From Hormiphora californensis (Eukaryota; Animalia; Ctenophora), in assembly GCA_020137815.1 (NCBI GenBank), contig CM035360.1, forward strand, positions 7,006,001 to 7,070,000: DNA of 64,000 nt. Direction: 5' to 3'. The position numbers were made by a program, and so were the translations under genes. This document shows, piece after piece, positions 1 to 10,968 of this stretch; position 1 is the stretch's first letter; each line of letters opens with the position of its first letter. The notes under the pieces are model-generated. The model was not told the origin of the DNA, searched no databases, and saw nothing but the letters and a program-made list of their open reading frames with translations.

Positions 1-1947
1 CAAATAGCTTTTAAACCATCGGAGAGGTTCACCATCCACTCCAAACCGTTTCTGCAACACCTCCAACAACTTTCCATGGTCAACCGTATCAAAAGCAGCA
101 CTCATATCTAGACAGATAAGAGCTACTACGTTTCCTTTATCCATTTCCCCTAGAATGTCATCGAACATGCTTGCCAATAGCGTTTCACAACTGTGACCAA
201 CACGATAGCCAGACTGATGTTTGCCCAAAAGAGAGTTGCGATCCAGGTAGTCATTGAGTTGCGTGAGAACTACCTTCTCAAGAAGCTTAGACAGAAATGG
301 GATGTTCGAAACAGGACGATAGTTGCTGAGAGCTTCACGATCTCCATACATATTCTTGATGGTAGGAAAGACAAGTGCCTCCTGGAGAGATTCTGCGACC
401 GAAGACTGATGTAGAGACTGATTGACTATTGATGTTAATGCAGGAGCCAGATCACTTATACACTCCTTTACCACCCAAGTGGGCAACGGGTCCAGGTCAC
501 AGTGCTTGCTGGACATCGATTTCACTAATGAAACAAGTTCCTCCTCAGATATCTCTTTGAATTCATTCCATGTTGTATGACAGGATTTTCCAGATTCCAC
601 AAAATCGCCAGCCTGCTGCTGCTCCTCATTGACTTGGGTCCGAATTTTGGTCACCTTTGAACTAAAGAACTTTGAAAAATCATCAGCCAGGTTCTTGTTG
701 TTGGTAGTCTCAGGAAGAATAGTTTCCGCTTTTCCCAGGAGTTTCTGTAACTTTCTTTGTAGCTTCTTCGGGTCCCCTTTTGCCGCATCCAAGTCCTCTT
801 TAACAAAAGCTGCTCTCTTTTCCTTGTCCATGTTTCCATAGAGCTTCTTCAAATCATTGAATCTCCGTTTCGCTTCCTCAGTTCCATGCTTCCTCCAGTA
901 TCGTTCCGCACTCCTCCTCTTACGTAGTATTCCTCTTAGTTCCTCATCTCTCCACGGTTTAAACTTTTTCCCTGTCCTCACCCGTTTCCTCGGAACTCGC
1001 CTTTCCACTACACTTTCCAACCAACGATAGAAGTTTATAATACTCTCCTCTGGATCCCGGCCTGGTTCAAATTCCGCTTTCTGGAGGTCCTCTCTGAATC
1101 CTTCCTTGTCCATTGACTTGTAGTCCATGTATTCTCGAAACATTGATTTCCGCATACAAGAGTTTGACAGGTCCTGTCTCACTTCAAGCCCAAACTGTAC
1201 CAGGAAGTGGTCCGAAGTAGTACCATTAGGACAAATTGTTAAATCTCCTAGATTGGTTTCCCTTGTAGTTATCACCAGGTCTAAGGTTCCACCAAGTTGG
1301 TGAGTAGGCAATAGTGGTACTCTTTGCTGAAGGTCAAATGAATCTAGAAGCTCCAATAGTTTCCTCGAGTAGAAGTTGTTCTTGTCCTGCACCTGAAAGT
1401 TCAGATCCCCTGCTATAATTGGAGTACCTTGCTTCATAACAAGTTCTGAAAGATAGTCTCCGAACTCAGATAGGAATGTAGCCTCTGTGAGTCTTGACTT
1501 AGTTGTGTATGGTGGACGATAAACATTACAGAGTCTCTTTGGTTGATCTCTGTCACTGATGAGAACCTCCTGCACTTGAAAAGACTTAAACTTTGTCTTC
1601 ACTGGGCACTGTCGAAGGACTATACCGTCCCGAAAAAGAATTCCTATTCCTCCACCTCCTCTGTCTCCTCGTGGACATGATAAAATATCCCATCCATTAT
1701 CCCTAATCTCCTGGAGTTTCCCAGTATCCGTAGACTTCAAAAAGGTTTCCTGTACGAGACAGATATCACAATCCTCTTCTTCCAGATGAGAAATAACACC
1801 TCCAGTTTTATTAACAAGAGAGCGAACATTTAGTGTCCCAATCTTCCAAGTCTTTTCCTGAGTAGTTCCTCTTTGGTCCTCGTCCAGTACATGTTTTTTT
1901 CCTCTTTGCTCACACCTGAAGTCCTCTCCATTAGCCGTGCTCGCTCG
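1..1947 (-). CDS. LINE ORF2, APE endonuclease + reverse transcriptase (partial, no stop in window, so missing from the ORF track)
   Basis: Read codon by codon, the frame is open from 1947 to 1. Motifs: TLNVRSLVNK, LVQETF, RGGGGIG, VYRPP, IAGDLN, PTHQLGGTLDL, SDH; RT motifs NYRPVSNIPFLSKLLEKVV, QSGYRVGHSCETLL, CLDMSAAFDTVDH, LRWFKSYL. Confidence 0.93.
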
Positions 1948-3071
1948 TTAATGTACGAAGGGCACCACATACTTGAAGCCGTGTGGGTCTTCGCATACTT
2001 CTTGTCCTCTCGTGATCCTCCAACTTCACAATTCACACACTTCATCTTGCCTGTTTCATTGTTCTTCTTCGCTCTACAATCCTTCGTCTGATGTGTGCCA
2101 GCACAAAAGCAGCATACAGGATCATCCTTCTGAGGGCAATATACAGAGCCCGCCATGTGACCAAATCCTTGGCAGTGATAACATTGAATCACATGATACC
2201 TGTTTTTGACAAAATGTTGCCGAAGACCCAAGTTAAGTCTATCCCCACTGCTAGACAAAAGCCGCCGGATCTCTGGAGCCATCTGGATCACTGCATACCT
2301 GTCTCTTTCGTTCACAAACACCACTTTTAACTTCTTATCCTCATGATACAGCTTCCTGATATCCTCATTCTTGTCCAAGATCGCCGCCAGGATAGCTTCC
2401 TTTTCAAGTAGGTCGGGGCCCAAGTCATTTATCGTCACCTTTGGTTCAAGCTTCTTGGTTTCCTCTGAGAAAAATGACACTGAACAATCCTGTGCAAGAG
2501 GAGTCAGTACTTTCTCTGCTTCCTTCATCTGGTCCTCATTAGGGAAGTATAATCGGGTATGGTCACTGTTTACTCTGGATCTCACTACCGGTATAGTCTT
2601 CAAAGCACTTTCCACCTTTGGTTTGACCACATTCTTCCACTTATCAGCACAGAACGCTGATTCTCCTTCTCCGCTGTTCCCAGTGGTAATGTTCACATAG
2701 TGTTTCATCGTAGGTGTAACCGGTTCCTCAGGCTCACCATTACCAACATCATCTTTCCCTTTCTCCACAGGTTTTACTAGTGCAGAGATGGTTGAGACCA
2801 GATCTTTGTGTAACTTTGCAAACGATTCTCTCAGATCAGCTTGGTCTCCAGGAACAGAAAACGGTGCCGTCGCCGGAAGCATTTTGTAGCAGGCTTTGAG
2901 AAGGTGCCACAACTGAGGTTTATGGACAGACGACGGACAAACAGCGTCACCTCTCTCTAGACACACTAACAAATCACTACCCTTATAATCATTACTAAAT
3001 ACTTCTCCTGCTAACACGTCTTCAAAATCACTCTTAGTGATACATATGTCATAATTACTCGTAACGGTCAT
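1830..3071 (-). CDS. LINE ORF1, gag-like nucleic-acid-binding protein with three CCHC knuckles
   Basis: 413-aa ORF with QCYHCQGFGH..C, CCFCAGTH....C and KCVNC...HTASSMWCP near the C-terminus; directly upstream of and overlapping ORF2. Confidence 0.9.
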   Translation of the reverse strand: MTVTSNYDICITKSDFEDVLAGEVFSNDYKGSDLLVCLERGDAVCPSSVHKPQLWHLLKACYKMLPATAPFSVPGDQADLRESFAKLHKDLVSTISALVKPVEKGKDDVGNGEPEEPVTPTMKHYVNITTGNSGEGESAFCADKWKNVVKPKVESALKTIPVVRSRVNSDHTRLYFPNEDQMKEAEKVLTPLAQDCSVSFFSEETKKLEPKVTINDLGPDLLEKEAILAAILDKNEDIRKLYHEDKKLKVVFVNERDRYAVIQMAPEIRRLLSSSGDRLNLGLRQHFVKNRYHVIQCYHCQGFGHMAGSVYCPQKDDPVCCFCAGTHQTKDCRAKKNNETGKMKCVNCEVGGSREDKKYAKTHTASSMWCPSYINERARLMERTSGVSKEEKNMYWTRTKEELLRKRLGRLGH

Positions 3072-3368
3072 CCTAAAACACCCGTTGCACGCCGGCCAAC
3101 AACAAACTCTTCACTGATATCACTCGTAAGTTAAGTTAAAGTAGGCCTAACAGAGATCTAAAAGATTAGAGAATAGATGCTAACACAGTTATCGGATCGA
3201 TTGACGGCAAACTCAAATTAATTTGTTTAAAGTAGTGTTGAAAAGTTTGAAACATACAGACAGAAGCTCCAGACAGAAGCTCCAAATCAATGAGAATCGT
3301 TTCAGACAGAAGTTATAACCCTACACCCCCCTCGCAGCATCTCAGTAACACTTTAATTTGCCCCGCAG

Positions 3369-6300
3369 CATCTCAGTCGTGTACCTCTGTGGAGTCCAAG
3401 ATAACAGGATGTAGTGATAGTGCACCCTCCTCCTCCGGCGGAGACCTCGAGTACGTGATATAATATGCTATCCCATACACGTTACTATAGTTACTATATC
3501 TTATACGTTACCATAGTTACTACCTCAATTCTGGAAGAGTTTTATTGTTCGTTAGTATTATAGCGACTACTCCGCCCAGTGCCCCATTTTGGGAGGGTGT
3601 TTTGTTGTTTGTACTTCGTAGGAACAGGGAGTCCTCCCCATCCTTCATATATTTCTCTAACTCTCTACATCTCCCTCTTCTAGGTATGCCTACTACTCCT
3701 GCAAGACTCCCACCATTACCAATGTAACCCGACAAGTTGCATTTGATGACAATATCGAGATAGACGGGTCAGGTTTCACCACCAGGAAGTGTGCCATTAC
3801 AGTCACTCTGGGATCAGATCACACGTGTACAGTGGTGTCCGCTACTAATGATAAGATCACATGTAAAATAGATACCTCAACCAGCCCTGCAACTTACACA
3901 CTCTTTGAAGTGAAGGTAATTTCAAAGAGTTTTCTGTTTTGATGGGGTTTTGATTCAACCTTTTCTATGAATACGATCATGAAATGTTGCAAAACAGCTG
4001 TGAAAATATGACTAGAACATTGCATCATCCCAGCTTTCACTCTCTACCTCCCTCTCTCAGGTGCATATCTATGGTCGTGGTGATGCTATCTTCTCCGGGG
4101 ATGATTACGATGGTTCTAACTATGTGGCTATCACACCTAAAATCACCAGTATCTCACCGTCATCCGGGTCCACACAAGTGAGTAAGAAAGAAGAGATCAG
4201 ATCTCAAATGATTGAGATCCCTGCAGTTTGAGTCGAGGAAAGATTATACCTGATATTTTCCAGATCCTTCTATTTCTAGTAATAAGAAGTTTGATGAACA
4301 ACTTTGACCCACACATCTCCCATTATAACTCCCCCTTCTATTTGCACAGGGAGGAGATATTGTGACCCTTACTGGTGGTGGGTTCACCTCGGGATCCATC
4401 TCTGATGGACTGACCGTCTGGGAGATAATCGGGACTACCTATACCACCATCACTGCTAGGAGTAACACTGGTGCTGGGAGTGTAATCACTGAGGATCTTA
4501 TCAAGAATCTTACTGTGAGTTAATTAGTAGTGCTGACAATTATATGTTGTACTTGACGATCCTTCTATCCCTTCTCTCCATCTTCTTTCTCTCCCTCTCT
4601 TTCTCTCCCTCATCTTTCTCTCCCTTCTCTTTCTCTCTCCACAGAGAGTGCTATATCATTCTGATGTATGTGTTTCTGGTTACAAACAACATACAATAAC
4701 CTACAACCCCCCTCTCTCAGTACACCCAGAGTGGTGCCCCGGTTGAGTGTAGCTCTGCCACGGCCTGTGAGTACACCTATGACGTCACAGAGACTGGTGT
4801 TGTAACGGGGGTGTCCCCTCTCGCTCTGGATGGAGAAACTACCATTACCATTGATGGAACTAAACTGTGTGGCAGGTAGGATGATATATTCTTTTATTTG
4901 GAAAAGGAACCGACCGAACCAGGAAATACTGGTCCCTGATTGGCTAATAACCAGTCACGTGACCTAAATAACGAGTTCTGATTGGTTGTTTACTTGTGGC
5001 AGGTAGGACATGATGTACAAGGTGGCCCATAAATTATGAGGCCGGGGGACGAGCTGTACCTCCGAAACGGTGATAGTTGTGCAAAAACAAACTACGGGAA
5101 CATGCTGGAACAATTCCTTGGTAACTTTTTGCAAACTTTGAGTTTTTTATTCAAAAGTTCATTTTTCATTCATGAACTATTTACACGTTCATTAATGAAT
5201 TAAGGACTCTAATTTACCGAGAGTGAGCCATTTTGTTTGGGTTGAATTTATCTTTCCAATGAGCACCATGAAAATTAAATTGAAGCACCAGGTCACATGG
5301 CAGTTGAGAAAATGCACATGCATGATTTTGGCTCTTCCTGCGACTTTTAATCAGCTGTATCACGGCTACCTTTTGTTCAATTTTTTTAAAAATTTGGGTG
5401 AACATTGGGTAAGCAAAGATCTTTGCTCACAAGAAAAATTAAGGTCAAAACTGAAAGTTCATTTTTTAATTTTGGTAGTTCATTCCACTCATTCAGGAAC
5501 CAACATCCCTAAAGTGATGAAAAGTGATTGGTTTTGTTTGGCCCATACCCTGCAATGATAGAGAGGTGTAAAAACACGTTTCCGGGCTAGTTAGTGGGTA
5601 TCCATGTGATCATGATGATATCTGACACCTCTTCTGAGCCATAATCAAGGGATTTTCTCGAATTCAAGCATGTGATTTGGGTTATCTGTGATTGGTATCG
5701 TGATGCAATGTTGAGAGATCTCATAGCACCTCAAAAATTATGATTAGCTCAATGAAATGAGTTGATTTATGATAGAAGAGATTAAAACAGACGTCAAAAT
5801 GAACTAAACTACCATTTTCGATCCAAAATCAGCTCATTTCATTGAGCTAATCATAATTTTCGAGGTGCTATGAGATCTCTCAACATTGCTGCACGATACC
5901 AATCACAGATAACCCAAATCACATGCACATGCTTGAATTCGAGAAAATCCCTTGATTATGGCTCAGAAGAGGTGTCAGATATCATCATGATCACATGGAC
6001 ACCCACTAACTAGCCCGGAAACGTGTTGTTACACCTTTCTATCATCGCAGGGTATGGGCCAAACAAAACCAATCACTTTTCATCACTTTAGGGATGTTGG
6101 TTCCTGAATGAGTGGAATGAACTACCAAAACTCAAAAATGAACTTTCAGTTTTGATCTTGATTTTCCTTGTGAGCAAAGATCTTTGCTTATCCAATGTTC
6201 ACCCAAATTTTTAAAAAGATTGAACAAAAGGTAGCCGTGATACAGCTGATTAAAAGTCACAGGAAGAGCCAAAATCATGCATGTGCATTTTCTCAACTGC

Positions 6301-9300
6301 CATGTGACCTGGTGCTTCAATTTGATTTTCATGGTGCTCATTGGAAAGATAAATTCAACCCAAACAAAATGGCTCACTCTCGGTAAATTAGAGTCCTTAA
6401 TTCATTAATGAACGTGTAAATAGTTCATGAATGAAAAATGAACTTTTGAATAAAAAACTCAACATTTGCAAAAAGTTACCAAGGAATTGTTCCAGCATGT
6501 ACCCGTAGTTTGTTTTTGCACAACTATCACCGTTTCGGAGGTACAGCTCGTCCCCCGGCCTCATAATTTATGGGCCACCTTGTATATATACATATGATAT
6601 AGTACATAACTCCCTCCCGCGCGGGCATCTATTCAATAGACGCACTGCAGAGCAGTGCGTCTATTGAGCTGTAATGCACGGGTCCCGAAGGGACCCGTGC
6701 GTTACAGCCCTGTAAATCCCGAGCGTCAGCGAGGGGTTTACAGGTATATCTGCACGTAAGGGAGGGAGTGTAGACCCCGCTGGCGGGCACCTAGAAGCAA
6801 AACAAGCACAAATTAGGTGGTTGACACAGAGAGAGCTCACACAAAACGGGTCAAACAGTTAGAAATGAAGCTACAGAGTGCCTCTCTACATTCCTACACA
6901 CTCGTAACAATCGTTGTAACAGTTTCAAAGCGTGGAATGCAGAGAGAGATTACAGTTAATTGTGGGTCATGAGCAACAGTTGCAACAGACTGGCGGGCGC
7001 CAAATCTAGGCAGAGAGTGTTGTAGGTTGTACACACACTCCCTCTTGAGTTACCAAGTCATTTTATCGTGTTTCCAGTGATTCTTTGTGATCTTTACACA
7101 AATCTGTCAGAGGGCGTGCGTCTATCGAGACACAAACTCACGGCAGTGCACGGCCCAATAGACCAGTGCAAATTGTTTGAGCGCGCCGTGCGTCTATTTG
7201 AGCCGGCGGGGTCTATATTCTTTTATTTGGATTTAGAACGATGATCCAGCTAGGACAGTATATTACATGTTGTTGTATCCAGGAACCGACCGAAACAAGT
7301 AAACAACCAATCAGAACTCGTTATTTAGGTCACGTGACTTGTTATTAGCCAATCAGGGACCAGTATTTCCTGGTTCGGTCGGTTCCTGGTTGTATCGGCT
7401 GGTAACACAGCTGGACAACAACCTTCGCATTCTTCTTAAATTCTAAATCACATCCCAACATCTCTCCCTAAATGGTAACACACACTCCCCTGCAGTCCCG
7501 CTACAACGATTATGATCGGTACCTCATCCTGTACTGTTACCACGTGTACCGCCTCCCAGCTAGTGTGTGACCTCCCAGAACAGGGTTCAGGGTCCTACAA
7601 GATGGTGATAACTACTGATCAGGGGTATGCTGTCATACCAAGTGCCAACAAGAGCTTCACATCCAGCTATGCGGTATGTGTCTTGGGACATTGAATTGAT
7701 GGGATTTGGTGATATGATCTCAACTCACTTTTATGTTGCGTTTATCAGTATCAGTAACACGTTCACTCCGGTAACTGATCAGTAACACCCGTCCTCCTCC
7801 CCCAGGTGTCCAAAGTAACACCCCTAGAGGGAGGTATATATGGAGGGACAGTGGTAACAATAACAGGAACTGCCCTTCCCACCACTTTCACTCTCTACAC
7901 CAGCTCCTTCAAGATGATCGTTATATCCAGCAATTTCACCACAATCATCGCCAAAACTCCCGATCGAAAGGTAATGTATAACACACTTTAGCATGTATAG
8001 TTTGAATCAACCTTCCCGGTCCCGAAATGTCGAGTAATGACTTGATTGATACAAAATATATTGCGTTCATCATCCGGGTGATGTTCAGTAACTTCTCCTC
8101 GCCAGTGGTAACTAACCCCCATTGGCTATTACCCCATAGACGTACTACCCGTTATAATTCTAACCCTCATCCCCCACACACACAGACGTACTACCCGAGC
8201 GAACCTAACAAGGTGAACCAAATCAGACTTGATGGAAATGCGAGGTCGCATTACTATACCTACAAGACTAGTGTCACACCCACAATAACAGATGTGTCTC
8301 CAAGTGAAGGTATTATAGGAGAAATGGAATGGACAGTTATGAATAGTTGAACCTGCTAAAGATTCACAAGATATTTACTGCTCATAATGGAAGACTCTCA
8401 GCCCAGTCTCCTGTTCATTTGCTATGATCTCACCAAACCATCTCCCTCTGCAGTTTCCGAAGGTACTGTTATCACTATTACGGGTACCAACCTGGAGGAT
8501 ACAGATGTTGATAGCGATGCAACTGCTACAGTTGGTAAGTTACCTAGTGTCTAATCCCGGGGTACTCTGGGGACTGGGAGTAAATATATTCTTTGTTGGT
8601 GTCCCACTGTCTTTGCATCACCTGCGATTTTGGGTCATGACCGGGCTCCATTAAACTAACCAAAACTCATCGAAAAATTGGTCAAAATGGTTCTAATAAA
8701 AACCAGTGTTCTAGAGAATTGTCTGGCGAACATTTTGGTTGCAAGATTGACTTTCCAAGTCTTACCAATCGTCAGATATATCGTTGTAAAGTCAAAATTA
8801 CGTGTTCATGAAATCCGACCGGGGTTCACGTTTTGAAAAATTCACAAATGCAAAGTTGCTCGGATCACATTGCATCCCTCATAAGAGTTGTAGGAAATTG
8901 TCTGGCGGTCATTTTGGTACCCGGGTTTTTGTCCTAGCTCAATGTTTAGAGTGTCTTATGACTATCAGAACTGGAATTTTCCCATATGTGGTCTCAGGTA
9001 TCGCATTGCATTTTGCCCTGTTATGAAGCTCATAGCTGCTTGAATAACATCTTAGTGCATGATAGGGTTGAGATAGACCACTTGCGTATCCTACACATTA
9101 ACAGGGGCCTTGCCAAATCGTCATAACAACCCTGTCAAGTGTCTAGATGAAATTGAGACGATATGTGCTGATTATCATGGGATTACACACGACACCGAGC
9201 CACCTAATTAGGGGTTGTGAGCCGATACTAACTAAGACTCAGCATCGAAAAATCTTCATGTTCCTACAGTCATAACGTAACTTAAACGTAGAGCTATGGC

Positions 9301-10877
9301 AAAAACCATGGTATCAAAATGAACCTTAGACGATTCCAATGAAACTCTTGTAAATTTCAAATCATTTTACCCATTTGTTGATGACACGTGATCCCCTCGA
9401 AAATGCTGGTTGAATTTCGTCTTTAGACAGTCATAAGACACTCTAAACATTGAGCTAGGATAAAAACCCGGGTATCAAAATGACCGCCAGACAATTTCCT
9501 ACAACTCTTATGAGGGATGCAATGTGATCCGAGCAACTTTGCATTTGTGAATTTTTCAAAACGTGAACCCCGGTCGGATTTCATGAACACGTAATTTTGA
9601 CTTTACGACGATATATCTGACGATTGGTAAGACTTGGAACGTCAATCTTGCCACCAAAATGTTCGCCAGACAATTCTCTAGAACACTGGTTTTTGTTAGA
9701 ACCATTTTGACCAATTTTTCGATGAGTTTTGGTTAGTTTAATGGAGCCCGGTCATGACCCAAAATCGCAGGTGATGCAAAGACAGTGGGACACCCTGTAC
9801 TAATGAAGTTGGACATTTACCTTTCACGGCTTGTACCGTACTTGCTTTGAGTTATCCCACTTTGAGTACTTCCAATTTTACATGTCCCCCCTCCCAGGCG
9901 GAGAGGACTGTGAGGTTACATTCCAGAATGCCACTATGATCAAATGTGAAGTGGGAGCTGGAGAGGAGAACATGAACATCCCTGTTCAGGTAAAATATTG
10001 CATGTGTTTTATCAGGAACCGACCTGCCGACCGAACCAGGAAATACTGGTCCCTGATTGGCTTATAACCAGTCACGTGACCTAAATAACGAGTTCTGATT
10101 GGTTGTTTACTTGTTTCGGTCGGTTCCTGTGTTTTATCCATGTTTTATTATAGTGTTTTTATTTGTAGCACAGGTTTAGATAACTCTGTCTGTAGATTTT
10201 TTTAGGTTTGTGGCAACCAGGATTTTAGATTTGCCACCTGGATTGATATATTGACAGTAACATTATTTAATCAGGAAATACTGGTCCCTGATTGGCTGAT
10301 AACCAGTCACGTGACCTAAATAATGAGTTCTGATTGGTTGTTTACTTGTTTCGGTCGGTTCCTGATATTGACAGTGACACTATTTAATCAGGTGTTGGTG
10401 GATAACTGGGGTCACAGTAACTATGATAAGCTGGTGAATTATACCATTACAGCCACTGCCACCAGTCCTTCTACTGTTACAACTACTGTACTGGGTGGAC
10501 CTACCATTACCATCCAGGGGTCTGGGTTCCTACAAGGTAATATAGAACTAGACCCCCCCCCGGCCCTTTATACCCAAACTAAACTTTCTCTTTTCACTTT
10601 TTGCATGGAGCTGGGGTGGGAAGAGGAAGTGTTTTCATGATCCATGGCTGGTATCCAAACACTTCAATTCCTGTTTCAACGTTTCTAGTATCAGATTTCC
10701 TGTCCTAACCCCCCTCCCACCCATCAGAGGGTATGAACGTGTCGGTATGTGATGAGCTTGTAGAGTACACGTATACATCTAACAGTGAGATCTCTCTCGC
10801 AACACCTCCCTGCTCTGACTGTAGCTCCTGTTCTAATAACCTGTGTAACTGCAACATCAAGGTACTGGGAGAATGTG

Positions 10878-10968
<91 letters not shown>

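Larger units (their letters stand above)
1..3310 (-). mobile_element. Non-LTR retrotransposon (LINE, CR1/L2-group-like), 5' portion; runs off the window start
   Basis: Contains a zinc-knuckle ORF1 and an APE endonuclease + RT ORF2. Short tandem repeats (cagacagaagctc) at ~3257-3310 mark the probable 5' end, which is approximate. Confidence 0.92.

Noticed and set aside
1826-1832. TAAATG at the ORF1 stop as an overlapping stop-start (UAAUG-type) for ORF2
   Set aside because: The ATG is in the ORF1 frame and closes after ~30 codons; it is not in the ORF2 frame.
193-2700. Plus-strand and alternate-frame ORFs over the LINE
   Set aside because: Antisense or out-of-frame shadows of ORF1 and ORF2.
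5214-6386. Mirror-image ORF pairs (5223/6377, 5405/6195; also 16583/17199, 31121/31689, 53014/53118, 61330/61622)
   Set aside because: By-products of palindromic elements; no transposase or other recognisable motifs.
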